A program made the position numbers and the translations under genes. This document shows, in pieces, positions 9,881 through 19,342 of a stretch of 64,000 nucleotides of DNA. The notes below the pieces were generated by a model. The model searched no databases. It was given only the letters and a program-made list of their open reading frames with translations, and was not told the DNA's origin. This DNA is from Bacteroidetes bacterium SB0662_bin_6 (GTDB lineage: Bacteria > Bacteroidota > Rhodothermia > Rhodothermales > VXPQ01), in contig VXPQ01000053.1 in assembly GCA_009839485.1 (NCBI GenBank), forward strand, positions 12,060 to 76,059, read 5' to 3'. Within the stretch, counting starts at the first letter, position 1; each line of letters starts with the position of its first letter.

Positions 9881-10657
9881 TCACAGAGAGGAAGTATCCA
9901 TCCGCGCTGCAGCAAAAAGGAGAATACCGGCCGCCACGGATGCGTTCAGTGATTCTGCAGGACCGGTCATCGGAATACGCACCCGGTAGTCGCACGCCGT
10001 AAGAACCGCCGGACGAATACCCTTTGCCTCGTTCCCGATAACGACCGCCATGGGGCGGTCCCATGCCATTTCCCATACGCTCACATCCCCCCCGACATCG
10101 GCTCCTGCCACCCAGTACCCCCGCTCCTTGAGTTGGTGGATAGCATCGACAATACTTGCGGGGCGGGCAATGGGAACACGCCCGGCGGCGCCGGCGCTTG
10201 CCTTCATGGCCGCGGCATTCAGCGGGGCCATACCGCTCCGGGGCACAATGACCCCAACCACACCCGAAGCTACTGCGCTGCGCAGCACCGCTCCAAAATT
10301 GAAAGGATCCTGCATCCCGTCGAGCACAAGCAACCGGGGCTTGCGCTGTTTTACTTCCTCAAGAGTAGGCGCCACGGACGCCAGCAAATCATCCAGGACC
10401 ACATACGCCACCGGCGCCATGAGCGCCGCCGCCCCCTGATGCGTAATACCACGCGCCAACTGCCGGAGACGTCCCACCGGAACAAACTGCACCTGCACAC
10501 CGGCCTGGGCAGCAATCCGGCGTATTTCCGTTAATTCACCCCCTCCCTGACGTTGAAGCAACACTTTCTCGATCCGGTCCGGAGTATGTTCGAGCGCCTC
10601 GCGGACAGGGCGCCGTCCCAAAACAAGCAGGTGATCTTCGTTCCGATCGGAAGACAT
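9881..10657 (-). CDS. rlmB: TrmH/SpoU-family 23S rRNA 2'-O-methyltransferase (RlmB-like)
   Basis: LDGMQDPFNFGAVLRSA, VVIGNEAKGIRP and RIPMTGPAESLNASVAAGILLF motifs. Start moved to ATG 10657, just below the lgt stop at 10668. Confidence 0.82.
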   Translation of the reverse strand: MSSDRNEDHLLVLGRRPVREALEHTPDRIEKVLLQRQGGGELTEIRRIAAQAGVQVQFVPVGRLRQLARGITHQGAAALMAPVAYVVLDDLLASVAPTLEEVKQRKPRLLVLDGMQDPFNFGAVLRSAVASGVVGVIVPRSGMAPLNAAAMKASAGAAGRVPIARPASIVDAIHQLKERGYWVAGADVGGDVSVWEMAWDRPMAVVIGNEAKGIRPAVLTACDYRVRIPMTGPAESLNASVAAGILLFAAARMDTSSL

Positions 10658-10667
10658 GGTGGCGGCC

Positions 10668-11621
10668 TCAGGACCCGGCAGCCGCCTGCACGCCCGGGAC
10701 AGAAGAGGAACCGGGCAATGACTGCTCCGGCCGGCGTTTCCATGTATATGCCAGCCCGGCCAGCCCGAGGAGAATCGCAACAAGAGAAATAACTTCGGCC
10801 TGCGTAACGGTCACACCAAGCACATCGAACGTGTTATTGACCCGTATTTGTTCGATGAGGAATCGTTCAACGCCGTTGAAAACGAGGTACCACGAAAAAA
10901 GCCACCCATTGCGGTAAGGATGTTTTCGAAGTGCCCACAGTAACCCGAACAACGCCGACGCCATCAGAAATTCGTAGATGGACGTCGGGTACACTCCCGA
11001 TTCCGGCAACGTAACGCCAAGAATATTATTCGGGTAGGTCTCCGCCCATAACCAGGTTGGGATCCACCCCGGCTTGGCAAGAATATCCGCTGGAATGCCC
11101 CAATCGCCATCCCCGGCAAGGTGACAACCGATCCGTCCGATGCCGTAAGCAAGCATAAGAGACGGCGCCAGCGCATCGGCAAAGGCTGCTCCCGAAACCC
11201 CTTTTCTGCGTACATAGAGCGTAACGGCAACGCCGGCCACAATCAGTCCCCCGTAGAAGGTCAAGCCGCCGGAAGAGAAAAGCATAGTCACAGGATCGGC
11301 AAAGAACGCATCGAGGTTTTCCAGAATGTGAAAAACCTTGGCCCCGCCAATACCGCACACTACCACCAGTACGGTTACGGTGCCCATCAGCGCGGAGGGA
11401 GCCGTTTCCTGCACCACAGTACGCCCTTTTTTACCGCCTCCTTTCACACCCACGCGCACGCTGCCGATGCGGCCGGCTCCGTGCATACGATCCAATTCAC
11501 GCTGCGCCAGCCACATGCCCGTAATTACCCCCACCGCCACCATAGCGCCAAACGAATAAATAGGAAACGGCAAGCTGAAGCCGAAAACATCCTGAAATAT
11601 GTCGCTCAGTCGTGGATACAT
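10668..11621 (-). CDS. lgt: prolipoprotein diacylglyceryl transferase
   Basis: FPIYSFGAMVAVG, GGLTFYGGLI, RIGCHLAGDGDWG and PTSIYEF motifs. Confidence 0.9.
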   Translation of the reverse strand: MYPRLSDIFQDVFGFSLPFPIYSFGAMVAVGVITGMWLAQRELDRMHGAGRIGSVRVGVKGGGKKGRTVVQETAPSALMGTVTVLVVVCGIGGAKVFHILENLDAFFADPVTMLFSSGGLTFYGGLIVAGVAVTLYVRRKGVSGAAFADALAPSLMLAYGIGRIGCHLAGDGDWGIPADILAKPGWIPTWLWAETYPNNILGVTLPESGVYPTSIYEFLMASALFGLLWALRKHPYRNGWLFSWYLVFNGVERFLIEQIRVNNTFDVLGVTVTQAEVISLVAILLGLAGLAYTWKRRPEQSLPGSSSVPGVQAAAGS

Positions 11622-11643
11622 CGTTTACAGCGTCGCGTGGCGT

Positions 11644-12984
11644 TTATCGGGAAGATAGTAGATAAGAATCCCCGCTTTCACGAGAATCCCGTAAGCATTT
11701 CGATATGTGCTCAGGCGCCTCGTCGGCCGGAAGCTGCACCTGTTCGCCCGAATCCATGTTTTTCAACTGGATAATTCCGGCCTCCAGTTCGGTCTGCCCT
11801 GCAATCAGTGCAAAAAGCGCCCGCTGCCGGTGGGCCTCACGCATTTGCGCTTTCATGGAACGACCCTTCAGATCAAAACTCGCGGATATCCCCTGGCGCC
11901 GCAAGCGATGAGCCTCCCGAAACGCCCATCGCTGCGCCTCGTCGCCGAGCGCCACCAGAAAAACATCCGGGGGAAGGGTTTCCGGAATATTCGCATCTTG
12001 CGCATCAAGCGCCAGAAGCAATCGCTCGATCCCGGCAGCAAAGCCTACTCCCGGCGCAGGGCGATCCGATCCCAATGCAGAAGCCAACAGATCGTATCGA
12101 CCACCGCCTGCCAATGCACTTTGCGCACCGAGGTCCGGACTCTCCAGTTCGAACGCTGTATGCATGTAATAATCCAGCCCGCGCACCAGCAAAAAATCCT
12201 CAATGAAATCGATCCCGGCATCGCCCAGGCATTCTTTCACGCTTTCATACCGTTTCCTGGTTTGTTCCCCCGTAAAATCAATCAACAAAGGAGCATCCCG
12301 GAGCAACGCCTGTTCCTGCTCGTCTTTCGTATCGAGGATACGAAGCGGATTCTTTTCCAGCCGCCGCTGCCCACTTTCGGAAAGGACATCCTTGTGGGGA
12401 GTCAACCAGGCGCGGAGCGCCTCCACATATTGTTTCCGCTCCTCCGGAAGACCCAACGTATTGATGCGCAGTCTGCTTCCCGTTATGCCAAAAGCGTCGT
12501 AAACAGCCAGCATAAGCGCAATGACCTCCGCATCGGCCCGCGGGTCATCTGTTCCGATGGTTTCGCATCCGAACTGGTGAAATTGCCGATACCTCCCCTT
12601 CTGGGGGCGTTCCGCCCGAAAACACGGACCGATGTAGTACAACCTCTGTACCCCGCCACGCTGGTCGAGGCGGTGCTGAAGCCAGGCGCGCATCACCGGC
12701 GCCGTCACTTCCGGACGCAGCACATACCGGTCATCCCCCCGCTCTACCACAAACATCTCCTTTGTGACAATATCCGACCCTTCGCCAATGCCCCGGACAA
12801 TCAATCCCTCCTCTTCAAGAACAGGTGTACGGATCTCCTCGAAATGAAAGCGGCCCATGGTCTTGCGGATGACGTCCTCGACATACTGCCAGGCTGCGCT
12901 GCCGGGCACAGCAACCCCATCCGCCGCGGATGGCCAAGGCAGGATATCGAACGTACCGCGTATGTTCCGCCAGGTCTTCGCCAC
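11644..12984 (-). CDS. hisS: histidyl-tRNA synthetase
   Basis: (M)AKTWRNIRGTFDILP N-terminus with a GTG start. YYIGPCFRAERPQKGRYRQFHQFGCE (class II motif 2) and GGGRYD motif 3. Confidence 0.95.
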   Translation of the reverse strand: MAKTWRNIRGTFDILPWPSAADGVAVPGSAAWQYVEDVIRKTMGRFHFEEIRTPVLEEEGLIVRGIGEGSDIVTKEMFVVERGDDRYVLRPEVTAPVMRAWLQHRLDQRGGVQRLYYIGPCFRAERPQKGRYRQFHQFGCETIGTDDPRADAEVIALMLAVYDAFGITGSRLRINTLGLPEERKQYVEALRAWLTPHKDVLSESGQRRLEKNPLRILDTKDEQEQALLRDAPLLIDFTGEQTRKRYESVKECLGDAGIDFIEDFLLVRGLDYYMHTAFELESPDLGAQSALAGGGRYDLLASALGSDRPAPGVGFAAGIERLLLALDAQDANIPETLPPDVFLVALGDEAQRWAFREAHRLRRQGISASFDLKGRSMKAQMREAHRQRALFALIAGQTELEAGIIQLKNMDSGEQVQLPADEAPEHISKCLRDSRESGDSYLLSSR

Positions 12985-13114
12985 AGAAAATGCGCAGAGA
13001 GTATGAAGTGTTTACAAAACGCAAGTCATGCGAGCAAGCGGACAGATCGTTTCTTAACGTTTCGCATTCCGCCTTGTTCGCCGCAGTGCAGATTCCCCCT
13101 GTGGAATCCAGTGT

Positions 13115-14224
13115 TCAGGACCCGGCTGCAGGATCCGCCCCGCCGGGACGGCGCAAGCGCTCGATCACATACCTCATGTCTTCCGGAAGATCGGCTCGAA
13201 ACGATACCCTCTGCTCTGTCCGGGGGTGAATGAACGTCAATGTTTCCGCGTGAAGCGCCTGCCGATCGAGCCGTGCAAAAAGATTCTGAGCAAACGCCTT
13301 GCGGCTTGCCGAAACCGGACCGAACCGCAACACCCGCCCCCCGTACGTCTCGTCCCCGAACACGGGATGTCCTATGTGTTGCGCATGTACGCGAATCTGG
13401 TGGGTTCGGCCCGTCTCCAGGCGAAAAGCAGCCAGTACGGTATGATCCAAACGCTCCAGCGTTTCATAATGCGTCACCGCATGTTTTCCTGTACCCGAAG
13501 GCGCCACGGTCATTCGCTTCCGATTCCGTGGATCGCGCCCGATATCCCCTTCGATACGCCCGCTGGCCGGATCCGGAACGCCCCATAGCAAGGCGAGATA
13601 CCGCCGCACAATCGTGTGTTCCGCGAATTGACGGGCGAGATGCCGATGGGCTGCATCGTCTTTCGCTACAACGACCAGGCCGGATGTGTCCTTGTCGAGC
13701 CGATGCACGATACCCGGACGAATGGCTGGGTCGTCGTCCCGGTCCGGGAGCGCATGCAGGACGGAAAGTCCGACATCCTGCAGATCGTCGTTCGGAAAAT
13801 CGTCACCTTCCAGACCGGCATTTACACCTATCGGCCCAGCGCCGACATGGTGCAGCAAGGCATTCACCAGCGTACCCGTGCGATGCCCGTACGCAGGGTG
13901 TACAACCATGCCGGCGGCCTTGTCCACCACGATGACCGCATCGTCTTCGTATACGATGTCCAGGGGAATAGGCTCAGGCTGCGCTTCGATCGGTGGAGTA
14001 CGCAATATCGTGCATACGATCGTATCCCCGGCCTGTACAATATGAGACGGCTTGCCAACAGTCCCCCCGTTCACTGTCACCCGTCCCTCTTCGATGCCTT
14101 TACTCACCTTTGTGCGGGAAACATTCGGCAGAAACCGGGCGAGGTACCGGTCAAGCCGGAGAGATTCCGTATATCCGGCAGGCACCTGGAGCGTTACGAT
14201 CTGTTCGACCCGTTCTTCGGACAT
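13115..14224 (-). CDS. rluD: RluA/RluD-family 23S rRNA pseudouridine synthase
   Basis: S4-like N-terminus (LRLDRYLARFL), catalytic HRLDKDTSGLVVVAK, and GRTHQIRVH. Confidence 0.9.
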   Translation of the reverse strand: MSEERVEQIVTLQVPAGYTESLRLDRYLARFLPNVSRTKVSKGIEEGRVTVNGGTVGKPSHIVQAGDTIVCTILRTPPIEAQPEPIPLDIVYEDDAVIVVDKAAGMVVHPAYGHRTGTLVNALLHHVGAGPIGVNAGLEGDDFPNDDLQDVGLSVLHALPDRDDDPAIRPGIVHRLDKDTSGLVVVAKDDAAHRHLARQFAEHTIVRRYLALLWGVPDPASGRIEGDIGRDPRNRKRMTVAPSGTGKHAVTHYETLERLDHTVLAAFRLETGRTHQIRVHAQHIGHPVFGDETYGGRVLRFGPVSASRKAFAQNLFARLDRQALHAETLTFIHPRTEQRVSFRADLPEDMRYVIERLRRPGGADPAAGS

Positions 14225-14313
14225 GGCGGGCTCATTGGCGGCTAAGAATACGGCTTTAAAAATTTCTCAAAAAACAGGCTGGCGGAAATATCGGAATAAT
14301 CCGTACATCCTTC

Positions 14314-15498
14314 TTACGACGCTACCGGTGCAACCAGAAAAAATTGCTTGCCCGCCAACTGCTTCACGATCCCTTTCAGTTCAAGATCCAGCAAATGCAC
14401 GAGGGCCGTTGCCGGATCCATGCCGGCGGACAAACACAGCGTATTGATATGCAAGGCCCCTGTAGTAGTGGACAGAGCCTGGCACAAGGTTGTTTCTTCC
14501 GGAGAAAGTGCAGGAATGTCCTTCATGATGGGAGCAGGCATCGCCCTGGACCCCATATCCAGTTCTTCAAGGATATCTTCGACGCTCTGAACGAGTTTGG
14601 CTTCCCCTTTCTGGATCAGGCGGTTCACCCCTGCGCTGGACGGACTGTGTACGCTGCCCGGCACCGCAAATGCTTCCCGATTCTGCTCAACCGCTAATCG
14701 AGCCGTAATAAGCGCACCGCCCTCCTCGTATGCCTCGACGACCAGGGTACCCAAAGCGAGTCCGCTCACAATCCGGTTCCGGCGCGGGAAATGCATCCCG
14801 TCCGGCGCCATTCCCGGTGCATATTCGGACAGCAACGCGCCGTCGACCATCAGCTCTTCGGCAAGCCGAGTGTGCCGCGCCGGATAGATCCAATCAATGC
14901 CTGACCCAAGCACAGCAATTGTGCGGCCTCCTGCATCCAGGGCCGCCCGGTGCGCCGCCGCATCAACACCGTACGCCAGACCACTGACAATCAAAAATCC
15001 CTCTCGAACGAGCGCCTCCGTCAACTCTCCCGTAACGCGCAAGCCATACGGTGACATACGCCGCGTACCCACAACAGCCAGCGCGCGTGCCGGAGCGTCA
15101 CTGACCGGCAATCTTCCCCGCATCCACAAAAACACCGGCGGGTCGTGTATCTGGCGCAACAGGAACGGATAATTCGGATCCCCGAGTGTGACGATCCCGG
15201 CGCCGGCTTTTTCAGCCCGGGAAAACTGCTCATCGACAGCTTTCCCGTAATCGGCCGTTGCGATCTGCACGGCAAGGTCCCGACCGATACCGGGAACAGA
15301 AGCCAGTGATGCTGCCGAAGCGCCAAGTACGGCTTCGGCCGAACCCATGCTTGACATAAGCGCCCTCATACGTCTCGATCCGACGCTCGGAACCAGCGAA
15401 AGCGCAACGAGCGCTCGTCGTTCTGTGTCATCCGGTATATCAGGCACAGAAGAACTGTCCGCTGACGACGCCCGGCGCCTTCTCGACTCCCCCGTCAT
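14314..15498 (-). CDS. dprA: DNA-processing protein DprA
   Basis: VGTRRMSPYG, SGLAYGVDAAAHRAAL and FPRRNRIVSGL motifs. Start set to the ATG at 15498, which forms an ATGA overlap with the obg stop. Track start is 15540. Confidence 0.88.
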   Translation of the reverse strand: MTGESRRRRASSADSSSVPDIPDDTERRALVALSLVPSVGSRRMRALMSSMGSAEAVLGASAASLASVPGIGRDLAVQIATADYGKAVDEQFSRAEKAGAGIVTLGDPNYPFLLRQIHDPPVFLWMRGRLPVSDAPARALAVVGTRRMSPYGLRVTGELTEALVREGFLIVSGLAYGVDAAAHRAALDAGGRTIAVLGSGIDWIYPARHTRLAEELMVDGALLSEYAPGMAPDGMHFPRRNRIVSGLALGTLVVEAYEEGGALITARLAVEQNREAFAVPGSVHSPSSAGVNRLIQKGEAKLVQSVEDILEELDMGSRAMPAPIMKDIPALSPEETTLCQALSTTTGALHINTLCLSAGMDPATALVHLLDLELKGIVKQLAGKQFFLVAPVAS

Positions 15499-16514
15499 TC
15501 GGAATGCTGATCCTCCCTGCTTTGCCGAACGGCCTCCCAAAGCCGCTGTTTCAACGTGTCCAGTCCGAAACCCGCCACCGAGCTGATCGCTGTCGGGACA
15601 ACGCCTTCCGGAAAGCCCTCCTGTGCAATATCCGGTAAAAGCCTCCGCTCCTCGGAAGGCAATAAATCGGTTTTCGATAACGCCACGACCCGTGGTTTGT
15701 CGAGCAATACGGGATCGTAGGCTGCCACTTCTTTCAGCAACACATGGTATTCCCCTGCCAGGTCCTTCGAATCAACAGGGATGAGAAAAAGCAGCACTGC
15801 ATTGCGTGCAATATGACGCAAAAACTGTATCCCCAGCCCCTTGCCTTCGTGGGCTCCCTCGATGATCCCTGGAATATCGGCGATCACGAACGACTGGTAC
15901 TCCTCGACCTGCACAACACCCAGCGAAGGTTCAAGCGTCGTGAAGGGATAATCGGCTACTTTCGGCTTCGCTGCCGACAAAACGGAAACAAGCATGCTCT
16001 TGCCCGCATTCGGAAATCCCACGATGCCGACATCAGCCAGTAAACTAAGTTCGAGCGTGATTTCCCGTTCATGCCCCGCCTCGCCCGGCTGGGCATGGCG
16101 CGGCGTCTGATTCGTCGGGGACTTGAAAAACGCATTGCCTTTGCCGCCCCGTCCACCTTCCGCAAGGATCAGCCGCTCACCCTGCACACACACTTCGCCA
16201 ATGATCTCACCCGTGCCGCGCTGTCTGGCCACGGTGCCGAGCGGCACGCGAAGAACAATATCCTGACCGGAACGTCCGGTCCGGTTGTTGCCGGCGCCTG
16301 TCTCGCCGTTTTCTGCGAAATGGTGCCGGTTGTAGCGAAAATCCAGGAGGGTGTACAGGTTGCTGTCCCCCTCGATGATCACCGAACCTCCATTCCCGCC
16401 GTCCCCTCCCGCAGGACCGCCTTGCGGTTCGTATTTCTCCCTCCGGAATGCGACGGCGCCCGCCCCGCCACGCCCGCTCCGTACGGTAATTGTTACGTAA
16501 TCGACGAATTTCAT
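15495..16514 (-). CDS. obg: GTPase Obg/CgtA
   Basis: MKFVDYVTITVRSGRGGAGAVAFRREKY, glycine-rich GGDGGNGGSV, and G1 motif GFPNAGKS. Confidence 0.95.
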   Translation of the reverse strand: MKFVDYVTITVRSGRGGAGAVAFRREKYEPQGGPAGGDGGNGGSVIIEGDSNLYTLLDFRYNRHHFAENGETGAGNNRTGRSGQDIVLRVPLGTVARQRGTGEIIGEVCVQGERLILAEGGRGGKGNAFFKSPTNQTPRHAQPGEAGHEREITLELSLLADVGIVGFPNAGKSMLVSVLSAAKPKVADYPFTTLEPSLGVVQVEEYQSFVIADIPGIIEGAHEGKGLGIQFLRHIARNAVLLFLIPVDSKDLAGEYHVLLKEVAAYDPVLLDKPRVVALSKTDLLPSEERRLLPDIAQEGFPEGVVPTAISSVAGFGLDTLKQRLWEAVRQSREDQHSE

Positions 16515-16614
16515 ACTTGTGCGTACGTATACGTATACTTTGCCTGCCGACGCTTTCCTACCGGATCAATACGGCGGTGGTTCTGTCAATACCGCCTTCT
16601 CAAGACACCCGATC

Positions 16615-17073
16615 GTGCAAAACATAACCATTTATACGGACGGCGCCTGTAGCGGGAACCCCGGCCCCGGCGGCTGGGCGGCCCTTCTCATGTACAAATC
16701 GCACCGCAAACAACTGACCGGCGGCGCATTGCATACGACAAACAACCGGATGGAACTCACGGCCGCCCTCGAGGCGCTCCGCCATCTGAAGAAACCATGT
16801 CAGGTACAGCTCCACACGGACAGCGCCTATCTTGCAAATGCATTCAACAGGCACTGGCTCGACGCCTGGCAGCGCAACGGCTGGAAAACAGCAGGCAAAA
16901 AACCTGTAGAAAACAAGGATTTATGGGAACCTTTGCTCCAGGAAAGCACCCGCCATCGCATAACTTGGATCAAGGTAAAGGGACACGCCGACAATGAACT
17001 CAATAACCTCGTCGATGAAGCGGCTGTCGCCGCCATGAAAGAATACAAGCGCCAGCGGGATATCGGAGCATAA
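16615..17073 (+). CDS. rnhA: ribonuclease HI
   Basis: ITIYTDGACSGNPGPGGWAALL, TNNRMELTAALEAL and KVKGHADNELNNLVDEAA motifs. Track start 16519 is a GTG only 4 nt from the divergent obg start. The GTG at 16615 aligns with the family N-terminus, but the start remains uncertain. Confidence 0.85.
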   Translation: MQNITIYTDGACSGNPGPGGWAALLMYKSHRKQLTGGALHTTNNRMELTAALEALRHLKKPCQVQLHTDSAYLANAFNRHWLDAWQRNGWKTAGKKPVENKDLWEPLLQESTRHRITWIKVKGHADNELNNLVDEAAVAAMKEYKRQRDIGA

Positions 17074-17085
17074 CGTAGCGCCGCT

Positions 17086-18171
17086 TCATTGTCGCCGCAC
17101 ACGTTTCTTCAATCTTTGTATTAACGTGAGATTCCGGTGTGGCCTGCTGTGCGCGTGCAGGTGATCGACATGGTGGTGCTCGGCACATTCCTCCGCGGAA
17201 TCTTCCAGTTGAATAGTGACATGGTGGATGCCAAAATCATGATAGACGATGCGCTGCAGACGGCGCAATAAGGAAGTACGGTCTACCTCTTTAACCTCGG
17301 GGTCGATCAGAATGTGCGCAGTAAACACATCATAGTCCTGAGCAAGGCTCCAGACATGGACATCGTGAATCAGGAGAACGCCTTCCACATCTTCTATCTC
17401 GCTGCAAAGACGATAGACATCAATGTGTTCAGGGGTCCCTTGCAGCAGCAAATGAATCACTTTACCTAACAGACGCCAGGTGCTGGACAAAATAAGCACA
17501 GCGATGATCACGCTCAGGATGGGATCCGCAAGCGTCCAGCCGAAGGCCCAAACGAGCACACCCGATACGACCACACCGACAGACCCCAACAAGTCGGCTA
17601 TGACGTGCCGGAAAGCGCCTTCGACATTAACACTGTGCTCGGCCGACTTGTGGAGAATCCGGGCTGCTGCGATATTGACGAGAAGGCCGATGGAACCGAC
17701 AATCAACATAAGTCCGCCTTCCACATCCGGCACATCCCTGAAACGATGCCAGGCTTCGAGGACTACACCCCCCGCAATCAGCCAGAGTGTAAGTGCATTG
17801 ATCAGGGCCGCCAGAACTTCAAGACGGCGATAGCCGAAGGTTTTCTCCGCCGATGCAGCCCGACTTGAAAAGTGCAGGGCGGCCAATGCCAGACCTATGG
17901 ACGCCGCGTCGGTCAGCATGTGTCCGGCGTCCGCGAGAAGCGCCAGACTGCCTGATAAAACACCCCCGACGACCTCTACGAACATATAGCCGACAATCAG
18001 TATAAGCGCACCCTTCAGACTGCGCTTGCTCGCCCCGCGCAGATCGTGTCCGTGTCCGCCCAAGCCATGGCTGTGGCTATGACTATGGCTGTGGCTATGA
18101 CTATGGCTGTGGTCGTGACTATGACTGTGATCGTAGCTATGGTTATGACCGGATGTGGCGGACAACAACAT
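17086..18171 (-). CDS. cation diffusion facilitator family metal efflux transporter (CzcD/ZitB-like) with His/Ser-rich N-terminus
   Basis: N-terminal HNHSYDHSHSHDHSHSHSHSHSHSHSHG, six TM segments with HMLTDAAS and HVIADLLGS motifs, and a C-terminal cytoplasmic domain. Confidence 0.9.
   Translation of the reverse strand: MLLSATSGHNHSYDHSHSHDHSHSHSHSHSHSHSHGLGGHGHDLRGASKRSLKGALILIVGYMFVEVVGGVLSGSLALLADAGHMLTDAASIGLALAALHFSSRAASAEKTFGYRRLEVLAALINALTLWLIAGGVVLEAWHRFRDVPDVEGGLMLIVGSIGLLVNIAAARILHKSAEHSVNVEGAFRHVIADLLGSVGVVVSGVLVWAFGWTLADPILSVIIAVLILSSTWRLLGKVIHLLLQGTPEHIDVYRLCSEIEDVEGVLLIHDVHVWSLAQDYDVFTAHILIDPEVKEVDRTSLLRRLQRIVYHDFGIHHVTIQLEDSAEECAEHHHVDHLHAHSRPHRNLTLIQRLKKRVRRQ
18067..18138. 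repeat. imperfect 18-bp tandem repeat (about 4 units) encoding the (His-Ser)n tract of the CDF transporter
   Basis: The units are atggctgtggctatgact twice, then atggctgtggtcgtgact, then atgactgtgatcgtagct. Confidence 0.8.
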
Positions 18172-18381
18172 TTCAACACCGGAGAGAATGCATCTGGCAC
18201 AAAAGAATTTGCGCTAACAATATAGGATACTCTCAAGGCTGCGGCGAGTGCAACATCCGACGGCAAACGACCGTACAAATGGTGCCCCTGTAAACTGTCT
18301 ATGCCACCTGTGCCAGGGGGGAAAAACCTCGATCCTGCGAGCGGCACGATATTTCATCAGTATTGGATAGAGGCTGTCGCC

Positions 18382-18978
18382 ATGTTCCAACTCGCCGGAT
18401 CGCTCGCCGCCCCGATTGTGGGCGCATTGCTATACGGGTGGCTGCATGATCGGTCTGGCGCCACGCGCCTCTTTGACGGCTCTATGTATATCGCCATCCC
18501 GGCGCTGGTTATCTGGCAGGCGGTTCCGCACGCCTGGGCCGAGCATGGCGTACTGCTCCTTGCGGTGCTTGGCCTGGGCATAGGCCTGCCCACCCTCATC
18601 GAACGCCTTTCGACTTCGCTTGCATCACAGACGGACAATGTAGCGTTGCTGATCGGCCTGTCCGGTTTGGTGCTGCATGCGTTTCTGGAGGGAGCCGCGC
18701 TGGTGCCCCGGGGGACCGGAATCGTACCCGCTGTCATTCTTCACCGGGTGCTGGTGGGTCTTACCATCTGGTGGCTATTGCGCCCCCGGCACGGCTTCGG
18801 GTGGGCTTCACTCGGAATCGCAGTAATCCTTGCCGCTACCGTGGCAGGGTACGCGGCAGGAACCCAATTCTTCGGACATGGCAGCGGCGTGGAGCTTTAC
18901 CAGGCATTCGTTGGCGGATCACTGCTGCATGTCGTGTTCCACAAGGGTCGCCACGACCATCAGCACAAGGACCATTAA
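18382..18978 (+). CDS. integral membrane protein, possible ZIP-like metal permease with His-rich C-terminus
   Basis: About 6 hydrophobic segments, an HAFLEGAAL motif reminiscent of the ZIP HxxxEG motif, and a C-terminal HKGRHDHQHKDH. Divergent from the CDF gene. Start taken at ATG 18382. Confidence 0.5.
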   Translation: MFQLAGSLAAPIVGALLYGWLHDRSGATRLFDGSMYIAIPALVIWQAVPHAWAEHGVLLLAVLGLGIGLPTLIERLSTSLASQTDNVALLIGLSGLVLHAFLEGAALVPRGTGIVPAVILHRVLVGLTIWWLLRPRHGFGWASLGIAVILAATVAGYAAGTQFFGHGSGVELYQAFVGGSLLHVVFHKGRHDHQHKDH

Positions 18979-19025
18979 GCATATCTGCGTATACGCCTCG
19001 CCTTCAACGAAGCGGTCCCGGCGCC

Positions 19026-19274
19026 CTACCCTTCCTCCACAGAGATCTCAAAATCCTCCATCACCGGATTTGCAAGGAGTTGTTCGCAGGCCGCCCTGGC
19101 CATACGCTCGGCATCTTCCTGCGTACGTTCGTCGATCCACATCTCCACGAATTTTCCGATCCGGACCCGTTCTACCCGTTCGAAGCCAAGGTTTTCCAGT
19201 GCGTGATGGGTCGTTTTCCCCTGAGGATCAAGAATGGAAGATCGCAAAGTGACGCGGACGCTGGCTTTATACAT
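19026..19274 (-). CDS. purS: phosphoribosylformylglycinamidine synthase subunit PurS
   Basis: MYKASVRVTLRSSILDPQGKTTHHALENLGF...VEMWIDE matches the ~80-aa PurS family. Track start 19346 would overlap pssA. Confidence 0.85.
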   Translation of the reverse strand: MYKASVRVTLRSSILDPQGKTTHHALENLGFERVERVRIGKFVEMWIDERTQEDAERMARAACEQLLANPVMEDFEISVEEG

Positions 19275-19342
19275 GAAATCGCGAGACGATACGGTGACGA
19301 AACAGTACCTGGATGTACAGCAAGATACGCCATGCGCCTCTG

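Noticed and set aside
11707-13233. A 508-aa plus-strand ORF spanning hisS and the start of rluD. Similar long antisense ORFs include 6138..7163, 7461..8429, 23804..24850, 29222..30460, 29521..31260, 37905..38888, 42338..43297, 44558..45532, 46195..47187, 52141..53049, 55725..56582 and 56595..58016.
   Set aside because: Each lies antisense to, or out of frame with, a gene that has unmistakable family motifs. Their translations are Arg/Pro/Ser/His-rich and low in complexity, with no recognisable domains. This is the usual stop-codon-poor shadow-ORF artefact of GC-rich DNA.
18172-18381. A search for a Zur/Fur-type palindromic operator between the divergent metal transporter genes.
   Set aside because: I found no AT-rich palindrome resembling the known boxes. 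Only the weak AGGATACTCT 10-mer shared with the repeat family is present.
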